From contig JBHGNT010000009.1 in assembly GCA_043228905.1 (NCBI GenBank), positions 15,562,001 through 15,626,000 on the forward strand: a stretch of 64,000 nucleotides of DNA, written 5' to 3'. The translations under genes and the position numbers were made by a program. The number at the start of each line of letters is the position of its first letter. Position 1 is the first letter of the stretch. Below the pieces are notes generated by a model. It was not told where the DNA came from. It was given only the letters and a program-made list of their open reading frames with translations, and ran no database searches. Positions 23,413 through 35,792 of this stretch are shown piece after piece. Source of the DNA: Azolla caroliniana (lineage: Eukaryota > Plantae > Polypodiophyta).

Positions 23413-24919
23413 CTTACTTTCTTTGATGGGGGTCCTTTTTCTTTCCTTGCACGGTGTGTTGACATTTTCTTCTTTGTGGGTGTCTTCCTTGTCATTAGAA
23501 TCCTGTCTGTCTTCTTCGCCTCACATGCACAACAATAGTAAATAACAGTAAATCATGCACAACAATAGTAAACAATATTAAATAATATTGAGCGAGCAAG
23601 CTCAACCGGATCCGAATCAGTTGAATAAGCCAAAGCCGGATCGGTATCCGAAATGGAGAACCGGATGATATCCGGAACCGAGAGCCGGATCGTATTGAAA
23701 CCGGTAGGCCGTTAGAGGCCTATGGATCCAGCCTAGTACATAGACATATTCTTGGGAGTCAGCGACAGTCACTCGTATGAGCATTTAAGTATCTGTTAGT
23801 CCTTTATGGACTTGTATAAAAGTGCTCTTTGAGCACATTCTATGTACATAGAGGATTATTATTTTAGAATAGAGATTTATGTTTTGCTCTCTCTCTCTCT
23901 CTCTCTCTGTATCTCCCGTGTATGCTAAATATTCTCACGCTTCCATTGAACCTGTGTTTTCTATTCTCTGTTGTTGCCTAGCTAAACTGGTTTTGTCAAG
24001 CTTCCACACACTAACTTTTACATGGTATCAGAGTGCAAGGGTTGAGACTCCTCTGCAATCGACATACGTTTTCGAAGACAAACCCTAACACCTGGTGAAG
24101 AACAGTAGAGAACCGAAATGGACAGAGGTATGACAAGTTCGCTTCCCACAAAAAATGCATTAGTACCTGTTGGGGCATGGATATTGGAGCTATGTGGAAG
24201 GAACCAACGAGGTAGCACCGGAGTTAGCACACAAAGACTTCCTGGCATGGGAGCAAGGAGTGAGTCGGGTATTGTATTGCCTCGCGTCTGGTGTGCACGA
24301 TCATATGCTTAGCTACATCAAGGATGCAAAAACGCCAAAGGAGACCTGGGAAAATCTACGGAAGATTTTCGCCGCAAGTACCATAGCCTGTAAGTTGCAG
24401 CTCCGGCAAGAGCTGAACAACATCCGATAAAGAGATATGTCGGTTACGGACTACACCACCAAGATTAAGGAGATCTGCGATGCACTCGGATCCATCAACG
24501 TAACGGTGGAAGAAGACGAGATGGTCCAGATCTGTCTTGGTGGTCTAGCACAACGGTACGGGCCAATCTGGATGGCAATTTGCACCTGGGAGAAGCCAAC
24601 ATCCTTCTTCGAGTTACAATCCATGTTGATGATCAAGGACCACTCAATTAGACAGCCAGATGCTATACACGGAGGTGGATCAACCCCGTGGGCATGGAGG
24701 ACGAGGTGGGTCGGCACGCAATAGAGGTGACCGGCAAGAGTAGAACCGAAGGCACAGAGACGGTCCCGACAACAGTTCCGGACCCTCCACAAGTAGGGGG
24801 AGTCAAGTCGGAGCCAGAAACCGGCAGTCGAAAACTGACACGGATTGCTAGTACTGTGGCAAGAAAGGTCATAGAGAGAGCGAGTGTTGGAAGAAGCGTG
24901 TTGATTCGGTTAAATCCGG

Positions 24920-27900
24920 TGTTAGCCGACCGACAAGGGAAGTCCAGAATGGGAAATGAGGGGATAATTAATAACCGGGAGTTGATTATATATTTATATA
25001 GAATTATTATGATTTGAGAAGTGAACGGATGGACACGGAATCGGTATGCCGAACTGGTTCGTAGCCGGTTGCCGGTTGGCACCGGTTTGTACCTAAAGCT
25101 GGAGACCTATAAAAAGGGATCGGCTAAATTGTAATCATTGGAGGATAATTAATAAAGTGTTGTTGTTTTGTATCTTAATCATTGTTAATTACCTTTCTGT
25201 GTAAGTGTAATTTATCCTACGTGTGTATTGTGACTAATGATATTGCCGCTAGTAACCCATTAAGGTTCCATTAATAGTCGGTCTAACTCTATCTCACCGC
25301 AACACCCCTTTGGTGAAGTGTCTCAAAGGGACACCCTGTGTTAGGCCATTGTTTGGCCCAAGCGATAACACAGTTTTTGGCGACCACAATTCCTGCACAA
25401 ACGCAACGAACAACGGCGGGCATGGATGACTAGACCAACAAACGACCCGGTTACAGAGCGAGCAAGAAGACTTGCCGAACGATTGCGGAAGCGAGAGGCT
25501 TTCCAACAGGCGGCAGAAGAGATCCGTGCGGATCGCTCATTTTCTAAAGTAATCCGGCGAGTGGCCGTAGAGTCACTCCGTATGCAGCAGAATTCCCAAC
25601 CGGACGAAGGAAGCAGCTTGAGCAGTCTCCGAGATGCGGAATCATTCTGTAGGCACTAGCAACAGGGGGAGGCGATTCGCAACCATTATGGGCCTTCGAA
25701 TTGTATTTGGACGGCGAATGCAACGCCCATTCGAATTACCGTAGCAACCACGACACCCTAGACGGACCGGAGGACGAGCAGTCGGATACCTTGTCGACAC
25801 CAAAACCGGAGTTAATGGAATTGGAATTTCTAGATCGGTAGGTGGTGGATCAACTCTTGACACGACCACATGAGACACCGAAAGAAGAGGAGGCAAGACC
25901 TCCAACACCAAAAGAAGAGGAGGAAAGACCTCCGTCACCAAAAGAAGAGGAGGGGAGACCTCCGACACCGGGTGACGACATGCCGTTCCAATATCCCAAG
26001 TACCGGGATGATCCGGACGTAGAAGCTCATGTCTATGCATTTCTGCAAACATGGGAAGCAAACCATGTGTTGCAATGCTTGACCGCCGTCGAAGCAGAAC
26101 GCTCGAAGATTGCAGAGTTCGGCATGACCTTGGAAGGACCAGCTGCGTGATGGCGCTTGATGCACACTCCCGGCACCATCACGACGTTTGAGGACTTAAA
26201 AACTAGATTTTTATAGTTCTTCAACAAAGAGATGGATCAATAGGAGATGGTCGGCCTATTCTACACCATACGGCAGGAACCTATGGAAACCATTCAACAA
26301 TTCGTAATCCGGTTCCAGCGAATGCACAGTCAGCTCAATCGGGCACCACTGGAGGAGGAGGTGAAATCAATATTCCTAGCCACACTTAGGGAACCCCTGC
26401 GTACAGTGTGCGCAGTGATCGATTTCCGCACCAGTCCAATCGACCAAGTCATAGAAAGGGTCAGGGAGATGGAGAAAACAAGTTCGTGGCTAACAATGGG
26501 GGCACTCCAGCGTACATTACCGACAGAAGACAACCTACGGTTTTGGCAAGTTATACAATGTATGACTTATCTCAATGCCAGGCACTCGGCAATAGAATGT
26601 ACCATGCGGACACAGTGCATGTTATGCCACTCCAGAACGCACACAATGGACTGATGCAAATATAACTTGCTGAACTGGCAAGCAACACCGGTAAGGCAAA
26701 TCGAACCTCGGAGCAACCGAGAGGAGGAAGAAGAACGTTGGTGGCGAGAGGAGCGTTACTGGCCGACGCAAGATATTCGGAACAACAACTGGTGGAAGAA
26801 AGCTCAGTACAGTGGTGGTCGAAGTGGGCTAAGCAAGTAGCCGAGCTATAGTTGCTACGAGCAGATGCGGAAAACTGGCAGAAAGAAGGCGACGAAGTTT
26901 ACATCTTGGATAGAGAAAGCATTGAAACAATGAAGGATGAATTGTTGGATGATTTCCTATCCTTGGCTGATGAGCAAAGGGTGGCAGTTTGCCAGTTGGT
27001 GGCACAACTGGATGATGACCAGTTGGACAACCAACTCCGCTTCGAGAAGTACGAATGGGAACAACGACGACAAGAAGTGGCCAAGAAAACTGCAGTGATT
27101 AGCATAAGTGACGAGGAGCCATCTTTAGAACAAACGCCGATTAAAGCCAGGGAAAGACAACTAGATAGTACTCAAGAGGAGCCGCTAGAGGAAGGTCATC
27201 GGTAGGCATCGGGGCATGCTAGACAACAGAACCAGGAGACGCCAAGGCCGGTTGAGCCGGAAAAGGAGGAAGAGCCGGTAAGATCAGTTGAGCCAAAAAT
27301 GGAGACAGAGTTGGTGAGACCGATGGAGATGCCAAGGCCGGGTGAGCCGGAAAAGGAGGAAGAGGCGGTCAAATTGACGGAGCCGTAGGCGACGAATGTC
27401 AACTAGCAGCAGCCACAACCGGAGCCAGAGCAGAAAGAGGAGTTGCCACAATCGTAGGAACAACATGAGGGGGGACAACATCATTAGACAACAGAACAGC
27501 TTCCCGGGGAACCATTGGAACCCTTCGATCAAAGTATTTTGGACATTTTGGAGGATGAATGAAGGCCGGATAGTGGGATTCGACGTACAAGGTAATGTCC
27601 CACAGGTGTGCCATGTGTTAGCCGATCGGCAAGGGAAGTCCTAAATGGGAAACGAGGGGATAATTAATGACCGGGAGCTAATTATATATTTATATCGAAT
27701 TATTATGATTTGAGAAGCGAATGGACGGACACGGAATCGGTATGCCGATCCGGATCCGGACCGGTTCGTAGCCAGTTGCCGGTTGGCACCGGTTTGTACC
27801 TAAAGCCGGAGACCTATAAAAAGGGGCCGACTAGATTGTAATCATTGGCGGATAATTAATAAACTATTGTTGTTCTGTATCTTAATCATTGCTAATTACC

Positions 27901-28078
27901 GTTCTGTGCTAAGTGTAATTTATCCTACGCGTGCATTGTGACTAATGATATTGCCGCTAGTAACCCATTAAGGTTCCATTAAATGTCGGTCTAACTCTAT
28001 CTCACCGCAACACCCCTTTGGTGAAGTGTCTCAAAGGGACACCCTATGTTAGGCCATTGTTCGGCCCTAGCGATAAAA
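24920..28078 (+). mobile_element. Internally deleted Ty3/gypsy element (gag fused to eORF tail, no pol); LTRs 24920-25370 and 27616-28078
   Basis: TSD TCCGG (24915-24919 / 28079-28083), highly similar LTRs and PBS TGGCGACCACA at 25378-25388. Gag MTRPTNDPVTERARRL is homologous to 55016-55840. The ORF at 26852-27205 is homologous to the eORF at 56807-57346. Confidence 0.95.
27573..27613 (+). other. tRNA-Arg(UCU)-like 3' half ending CCA (an antisense PBS) in the PPT position, copy 2
   Basis: GTGGGATTCGAC-GTACAAGGTAA-TGTCCCACAGGTGTGCCA, then TG, then the 3' LTR. Confidence 0.7.
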
Positions 28079-29265
28079 TCCGGATCCGGCAAGGCCGGAC
28101 AAGGAAACCGACAAAGCTCGCACTATGCAGAAGGATTGGAAGGATCCGGAACCGGGAAGACCGGAAAAGGACCAACCTTTGTGATGAAGCACAAGGCGAA
28201 CTTGATGAAGAAAAACACTTCTAGATCGGAGGAAGTATGGTATGTTGATTCCGGAGCATCAAACCACATGACGAGCAACAAAGAGTGGTTCTCGTTTTTG
28301 GAGAAACCAAAACAACAGGGAATCATTGAAACCGGAGACGACACCCCTCACTCGATTGTGCATGTCAGAGAAGTCCTTTTAAGCCATGTTGGACAAAAGG
28401 GAAAGTTGATGAATGTACTACACGTTCCGACAATCACAAAGAACCTGGTGTCGGTCAAACAAATCGTTGACCAGGGAATGCAGGTGCAGTTTACGCACCT
28501 TGGGTACTTCATTGAGGAAGAAGGCCGGATAATCGCGCAAGGGCACAGAGAAGGGAGGATGTTCATCCTCAACACAAATGACGTAGGCACCGCCATGTTT
28601 GTCAAAGGACTGAAGATTGAATCAGACATCGATCTCTGGCATAAGCGGATCAGCCACGTCAACTACCAGAGGCTTCAAGATTGCAATTGAAACAAGTTGT
28701 GTTCGGATTGCCGACGTTTAGTGGCCGGAAAGCCCAAATATGTGAAGACTGCTAACTCGGGAAGCAACACTGGCTTCCATTCCCCACCAAACGAAACCGG
28801 AGCCGTAACAAGGTTGATCTAATCCATTCAGATTTATAGGGACCGGCACTGAACGTTAGTCTTGGCGGGAGTCGGTATTTTGTCTCCTTCATTGACGACC
28901 ATAGCCGGCACACGTGGATCTACCTCATCGATAAGAAAAGCGAAGTCTTTGACTGTTTCCGGAACCTTCAAAGCTTAGTCGAAAGGGAAACAGAGAGGAA
29001 GATAAAGTGCCTACGGTCGGATGGTGGAAAAGAATACTTTTTTGACCAATTCAACAGTTATCTGTAGCAAAAAGGAATTCGGCGAGAATTCAGTCGTCGA
29101 TATACACCGGAACAAAACGGTGTGGCCGTAAGAAAGAACCGGTCGATGCGGCAAGGGCAATGCTAGAGGAGAAGAGTATGCCTAAATTCTACTGAGCTGA
29201 GGTGGTCCGAACGGCCGTCTACATCCAAAACCGGATCGAGGACGAGGTGTCAGCACATGAGTTGT

Positions 29266-30770
29266 ATTGTAGCGATGATCAAGACCACACGTCAAGAAAA
29301 TGGAAGCTCAAACAAGAGAGTCGAGGAACCGACTCAACCCATTGAAGAGAATGCCAAGAAGGGGAAGGATAGATCGACGCCAACATACAAATTAAGGTCG
29401 GATATTGAACAAAAAACTAACTTCAGGAAGGTTCTTGAAGAAAGAGTGCTTGATAGCCGTATTGACCTTACATTGAGAGAACTATTTGAATTGCAAAGGA
29501 GTTCCATGAGACCATTGTCGATCTTATCAAACGTAAAAGACAACAAGCGGATGAGGAAGAGGGAATTTTGACAAAGGTGACAACCAATGCCATAACTATG
29601 GCAAGAACGGAAGAGAAAGAAGAAGATCTAGTGGACAATCATTATACATGACCCCATTGGGCAAGAGTGACAATAGAAACTCCGGTGAAGATTGGAGAGA
29701 AGAAAGAGACGGTTGTGGCTCTTATAGACCATGGATCAAAGATTAACATCATGTCGACGGATTTCTACAAGAAGGGAAGATGGCCTATCAACACGAACCA
29801 TGGATGGAAGATTCGTGCGGCGACGAAGGCAACAAAAGATCTTTATGGAGCATGTCCCAACATTCAAGTCACAATCGGGGATATAGAGATCGACCAACAC
29901 ATTTTTGTGCAAGATTCAGCTTCCCATTCGGTGATTCTTGGGCAACCCTACATAACATCATCAAGGATGGAGACTAAGGTGTTCGATAGTGGAGCAACAT
30001 TCGCTCGGGTGAAGAGTCTTGATGGTCAAAAGTCAGTTCAATTCTTAACAGTGCGAGCTAATCATGAGAGGAACCGAGATAGCCTCAAAGATGAGGCCTC
30101 TGATTTTTAACATAGACTATTGAAGAATGGGGCAAAGATAGTCCAAGAAAAAGTAAGTCCCCGAAAAGAAGAAAGAAGCAAGAAGGAAAACTATATTTAG
30201 CACCTAATGGTGCGTGTGGGATGACCACACTCAATGAGAGAGAGAAGCGCCAAGTTCAAAACTTTGAACATTGGCTAAAAGAACAAGGAATATTAGAAGA
30301 AGAAGACAATAAATCATGGGTCATGGAGGAAGCCTCATTTAATGATACAATCGGAGAAATAGAGAGTATCGTGGACTTGAGCCCTCATGAGCAACATACG
30401 ATTCAAATAAACTCCATCAACATGTATACCGCCATCGACGAATGCCAACGGGGGGTCATGGAGGAGTTGGTCAAAGTAAACACAAAATATAAATCAATAC
30501 ATAAGAAGGTCAAGCCGGTAATTATTCCGTTACCAGAGGATAGTTGGCAAAGGATGAAAGAAGTTACCATGGATCCAAGTCTCAGAGACCCAAAAGGGAT
30601 AGGCCATACCTTTTCCGATGAATCAAGAGGGAAACTCCAAGTCGAGAAGGATGACTTGCTTCTCCCCGAAGAAGAAGAAAGGTTTAGGATGATGCTCGAG
30701 AGACATGGGAAAGCCTTGTCCTTTTCTCCACAAGAAATCGGATGTGCCGACCCAAAGATGGACAAAAACA
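29266..30770 (+). mobile_element. Ty3/gypsy fragment, lineage B: gag end, protease and start of pol
   Basis: ALIDHGSKINIM protease, VILGQPY, and KYKSIHKKVKPV homologous to 48720-48780. Confidence 0.8.
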
Positions 30771-30789
30771 TGGTGGATAGAATATACGT

Positions 30790-31830
30790 TGGATGATTTT
30801 GTTGTCATGATGTTATTTAGTTCTATTTTTCACTATGTTTCATGAAACAATGTACGTATGCATCATGCCTTTTTGAAATCCTGTTGAAATAAGGCATTTT
30901 TTAACATCTCACCAAGATATGAAAAAGAGAATGTGGCATATTACCTGTTTCAAATGACCAGGTCTTTTCTACCTTTTTTGTTTAACAACCAATGGTCTGC
31001 AACATTGTGCCTTCTAACAAAAGGACTTCTCCCGACCGGGATTCAACAACATGAATTTTGTTGTTGTTTGATGATTGGTTTGAGTTGGAAAAGCCTACAT
31101 TCAACTCGAACCTTTGGCTTCTACCCATTTTGTTTAGCGACCAATGATCACTAATGTTGTGGCCAACCTTTCCACAATGCATGGAGTAGGCATTCGGTGT
31201 TCCGCTTCTCGACTTCGATTGATGTTGATTGTTTCTCCTCTTCGACTTGCTCTGGTCGCAATTGGCACTTTGAGCCTTTCCCCCGGAGAAATGTACTTCA
31301 GGACTGTCATTGATGGTAAGTCTCATCGACTTTCTTCGAAGCTCTTTGGACAAGACCACCCCAATCGCTTTGTCAAGGGTCAACTTCGTCGAGCTATTGG
31401 TGACAGTCGTGTAGAAGACTTCCCAACTAGTCGGGAGACTCGAAAGGAATGCAAGTGTCTTGACTTCTTCGAAGTTCAAGCCTTGTGAGAATTTAGTTAG
31501 CACCCAACTGAAGGTATTGACATGGGAGGTTGTCGACTATGACTCCCTCATCTTCATGTTAAATAATTGTCGAATCAAGATGAGTTTGGAGGAGCTTGAG
31601 TTCTAATGTATCGTTTGAAGTTTCTCCCATAGGGTGAATGTTAACTCTTTCACCATACTGAAGTAGACATCTTTGGCCACATGCATTTGGATAATTGATC
31701 TAGCAATTTCGTCAAGTGATCCCCATTCTTAGATCGTCATCATTGTCGGTTTGCTATTGTGCCTATGATCATCGATCTCGCCTCTGATAAGTAGCACATC
31801 GTGCATCATCTCCTTCCATAGGACAAAGTT
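30790..31830 (-). mobile_element. Degenerate Ty1/copia gag-protease fragment (Tork/Tnt1-like)
   Basis: KTLAFLSSLPTSWEVF gag motif, a degenerate zinc knuckle and many stops. Confidence 0.65.
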
Positions 31831-34800
31831 TTTGTCAAATGATTAGCACATCCTACATGTTCTTGATTTTGGAGCTTGTGTTGTATGTTGAAGCCATTGT
31901 TCTTTTGGAAGGTGTATGTCAGGATGGTCTTTTCCTTCAAATTTCCTCTTCTTTTACCAACGTTGTCTATTCTAAGATCATTCTATTACCACTTGTTGAC
32001 ACTTAGTATGGTGTCTAGTTTATTGTTGTGTAGTCTTATGCGGAATATGTATGTTGATCTTGTTGAGGAACACCAAGCATAGAGTAAGTGTGAGAATGTG
32101 TGTAGTATTAAGATTACAATATGCACAAAGAGTATTCACTAAGAGAGAGACAATTATGTAGGCAATTAGGCTAAAGAGACATTATTCTGCATCCTCTCTA
32201 CAAAGAGAAATACCTCCTATTAAAACATGAATGGGTTTTGCCCTAATTCCAAGGTGAGTACATACTTAGACATACAATGTGTTCGAGCCTGAGACTGTTA
32301 GTGCGAAAACAAGGACATTTATGATAAGAAGATCACCAAGTTAATAAGTTAAAGCAAGATCAAGGAGAGAGTGTGAGAAAGAGAGACAAGGAGGCACACA
32401 ATGTAACAATCTTATTCCAAAAGTTACAATATAAGAATGGCACAAAGTTAGTTATATACTAATTGGGCTAGGGCAACTGCCCTTTGACATATTTACATTA
32501 TTGTCCTAAACATAGTCTATCCAAAAGGACAATGTAAATACGACCATTACACCCATATTCGACACAATGGTCAAGTTGGAGTACAACCTTTTACTCCAAC
32601 ATGCCCTTATTGAAAATCTTGTACATTGAGTGGGTATTTTAAGGGTGATAAAATATAATAATCATAGAAATGGGTTTTTGGTGAAAACATGGATTGAAAC
32701 ACAATGAAAAGAAATCCCCTTTATAAAATAGGGTTTACAAGATTTTGGTGTAAATTATTAGGATTTTGATAAATTTCTAAAAATAAAACAATAACTAAGA
32801 ACCCTAATATTCATGACGAAGAAAATAAAACCTATGATTTCAAGTACATTAAGGAGAAAAAGAAGATCAAGAAGAAAGAATAATCAAAAAAGATAAGTTC
32901 ATGAGTAGAGCTTCAAGGGGAGATCCTTCAATTTGGATGCAACATCCCAACAAATGATGACCAAGTTGTCTCTTGTCAATGTTAGTCTTGTACACCCTCT
33001 TGATTTGCAATCCTAGTTCTCTCTTTAGAATTCAACATTTCTGCATCTCTACTTTTTTCTTCCCCAAACAATAAATCCTCATCATCCTTTTATAAGATTT
33101 AAGAGGCTTTCTCGCCCATAAAATTAGTAGATGTTTTTTTATTATAGCAAACACCACACTTTTTAATTTTTCACTTGTATGCACCACTTTACCCTTTTGG
33201 CACCTGATGCTAATAAAAATCTTTGACAAACTCCTAGCAATTGAGCTAAGACTTTATTATTATTTTTAAACACAACTCGTTATTTGCGCTTCATACTACA
33301 CCCTCAACCTATAATTCAATCTTCTTGATATTCCTCGTTTAGCTTATTTTATCCTATGCATTCCTCACATTACAGTATCCACCCCCACCGAACATGCAAT
33401 CACTCTTCACTTCCTTCACTCACCACGTCCAATTCTTCATCGTTCTGGTCTATCTTAACACCTTCAATGTATGCTTGAGCAATTTTCAAATCTCACACCA
33501 TGTTTGCGAATTTATTAATTGTTGTTCCACCAATTGGCCCTTCAACCATCTCACTTCTTGGCCTTGTTACCGCCTGAGGTACATTTCTTTCATTTGGCCT
33601 TTTCCTCGTCTTCAACAAGAACTTCATAATTTTGACATATGGCCTCAATAAGGCCTATTTTCTCATCCACAAGATCATTCCAACTTGTCATTGCTTGAAT
33701 TCTTCATTCAGCTTCATAAGCATCATCAACACGAAACTTCCCTTTTCCAACTTGATCCAAAATAATCGGCTTGCGAGCTGTTGCCCCTTGTATCATTTTC
33801 ATTTTTGTTTCACTAACGGATAATAGTTCAATTAATTTAATCTTTTTTGTTCAATGATTTTACTTTAAATTAAATTATTTTTCGATTTACTGTTTTTTTG
33901 TTTAATTCTTTTGACTTATGGTTTAGTTTAGATTTGTGATTAAATGGTTCAATTTGGTTTCAATTTCTCCTTGAAAAAATTCAGTTTCACCTTTTATTTT
34001 ATCGATTTGGTTTCAATGGCTTGACCTAATTGAAATCAAATTGTAAAAAGAAAAGGTGAACCCAAGTAATTAAAGAAAAACTGAAACCAAACCAATCCCC
34101 TTAATCACAAATTTAAACCAAATCATTTATGCCAAATTTCTAAAAAACTTTGAAGATGTGTAAAGTCAAGGCCTACATAATGTAACCTCTATATCATTAA
34201 CAATTAATTTGGTTTTGCACATGACAACTTTTTTTCATCATTTACCATGTGGAGTTCAGAATCTAATGTTCCCCCCTCCACTTTCTCTTGAACCTTACTG
34301 TTTACAATTTCAAAATGTTAGAACTTACGCCTTACGGTAAATGGTAAGCTCAAAAACACTTTACACTTACCTCTTCAATTCATTGCCTAAGAGGTATTTA
34401 AAGAGCAAAATGTAGTCAATTAGAAGGTGAACATCCCCATTTTGTGTTACTTATATTATGGATGCATAGCAGTAGAAGATCATGAAACAATTCCAAACAA
34501 ACTCACCTCTAAAATTATTGGCTCACATCTATTAGATTCAGAGTCTAAAGATGAAATGAAAGAGCATGTGCGGCCAATTAGACAGTTCACATTAATTTTC
34601 ATGTTAAAGGGCTGTGGATACATAACAGATGGTTCTCATGAAACAATTCCAAATAAACTGACCTTCTCTAATATTATGGTCAAGAATGCATAATTTTACA
34701 TTAGAAGAATCCAGTTGCTCGTACCTTGAATTATAAGAGTAAAGGTCAATATGCTTCAAGAGTGATCAAATATTAGCACAGCCTGCATAAAATAACATAA

Positions 34801-35310
34801 AAAGAGATTAATTGATTTAGAAAAAAACGTTTCAGATTACTAGTTTATAAGACAACCCTGCCAAACATCAAAGATAAAGAATATGCCCTAAATTGCTTCA
34901 AATTTCTTCCAAAGACAACCTCAATCCCAAATTGCAATGCAAATTAGTACACTTTGGGAGACAGGGAAGATGGCAGCAAATGCTTTAAATCACTTTAATA
35001 GAGCCCAGATGCCAAAAATCACTTTAAATGACTTTAGAAGACAGAATTGTCAGAAAGATGTGTCAAATTACTTTAGGACAACCACATGCCAGAAAACACT
35101 TTGAATGACTTTTAAAGACCTGGATAGCAAAAAACACTCAAAATATAGGTATACGGGTACATGATACCAAAAGAAAGAAGAAAGAGAATAATCCTTACCT
35201 CTCTTACTATCTTTTTATAGAGTTGGGTGGTTATTCACCAATCATATAAGACGCATCATGTTAGATCATCAACATGAAGTTAAGATTTTTGTTTCCCATC
35301 AATACTTCCG

Positions 35311-35742
35311 CTAGGTAAAAAACTCAGGAAAAGTCTGCATTAAAAACCTCAGATATATATCGGTCTCGAGAAACTCTATGTGAGCTGTTCGTCCAATGAT
35401 ACTGTTAAAAGAAATTGTTTGTGTTGATGTATTGAAGTTCACATCGCATTTGATAAAGTTACGCTTGACTGAGCTTGACTTTAAAATCTGTTGCATACAA
35501 TTCTGGTGCATGGTCAGAAATGCCGATCCTCTTCTCGAGTCTTGGGCTGCTGCTTGACAAATCTCCACTCGAGCTGAATGATAAGGCACATATCGATCCT
35601 GCAAAAATAAATAAATAAGCTCATTACTTTATATATGAATAAACTCTCTGCATCAAAAACATTTCTCCTTAAAAAGCAGCCAAAGTTCAACATTGAGATA
35701 ATGGATTAAAGTTAAAAACCCAAGATATATAGAGAGAGAATA

Positions 35743-35792
<50 letters not shown>

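Larger units (their letters stand above)
23586..29265 (+). mobile_element. Ty1/copia element (family A): 5' LTR about 23586-24022, gag-PR-INT, truncated; hosts a gypsy insertion
   Basis: TTTTACA then TGGTATCAGAG PBS at 24023-24033. Gag WENLRKIFAAST and MSVTDYTTKIKEICDAL, protease WYVDSGASNHMT, and integrase motifs at 28820-29230. Confidence 0.9.

Noticed and set aside
24920-28078. Element simply oriented on the minus strand, making the inverted site its only PBS
   Set aside because: Gag and the eORF are on +, a sense PBS precedes gag, and the LTR TATA (CCTATAAAA near 25106) is on +. No minus-strand PPT is present at the other LTR.
32280-32601. Solo LTR (TGTT...CAACA)
   Set aside because: LTR-like composition, but no matching TSD or partner could be confirmed.
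33820-34140. Third hAT-like MITE
   Set aside because: GGTT/AACC-rich like the other two, but no clear terminal repeats or TSD.
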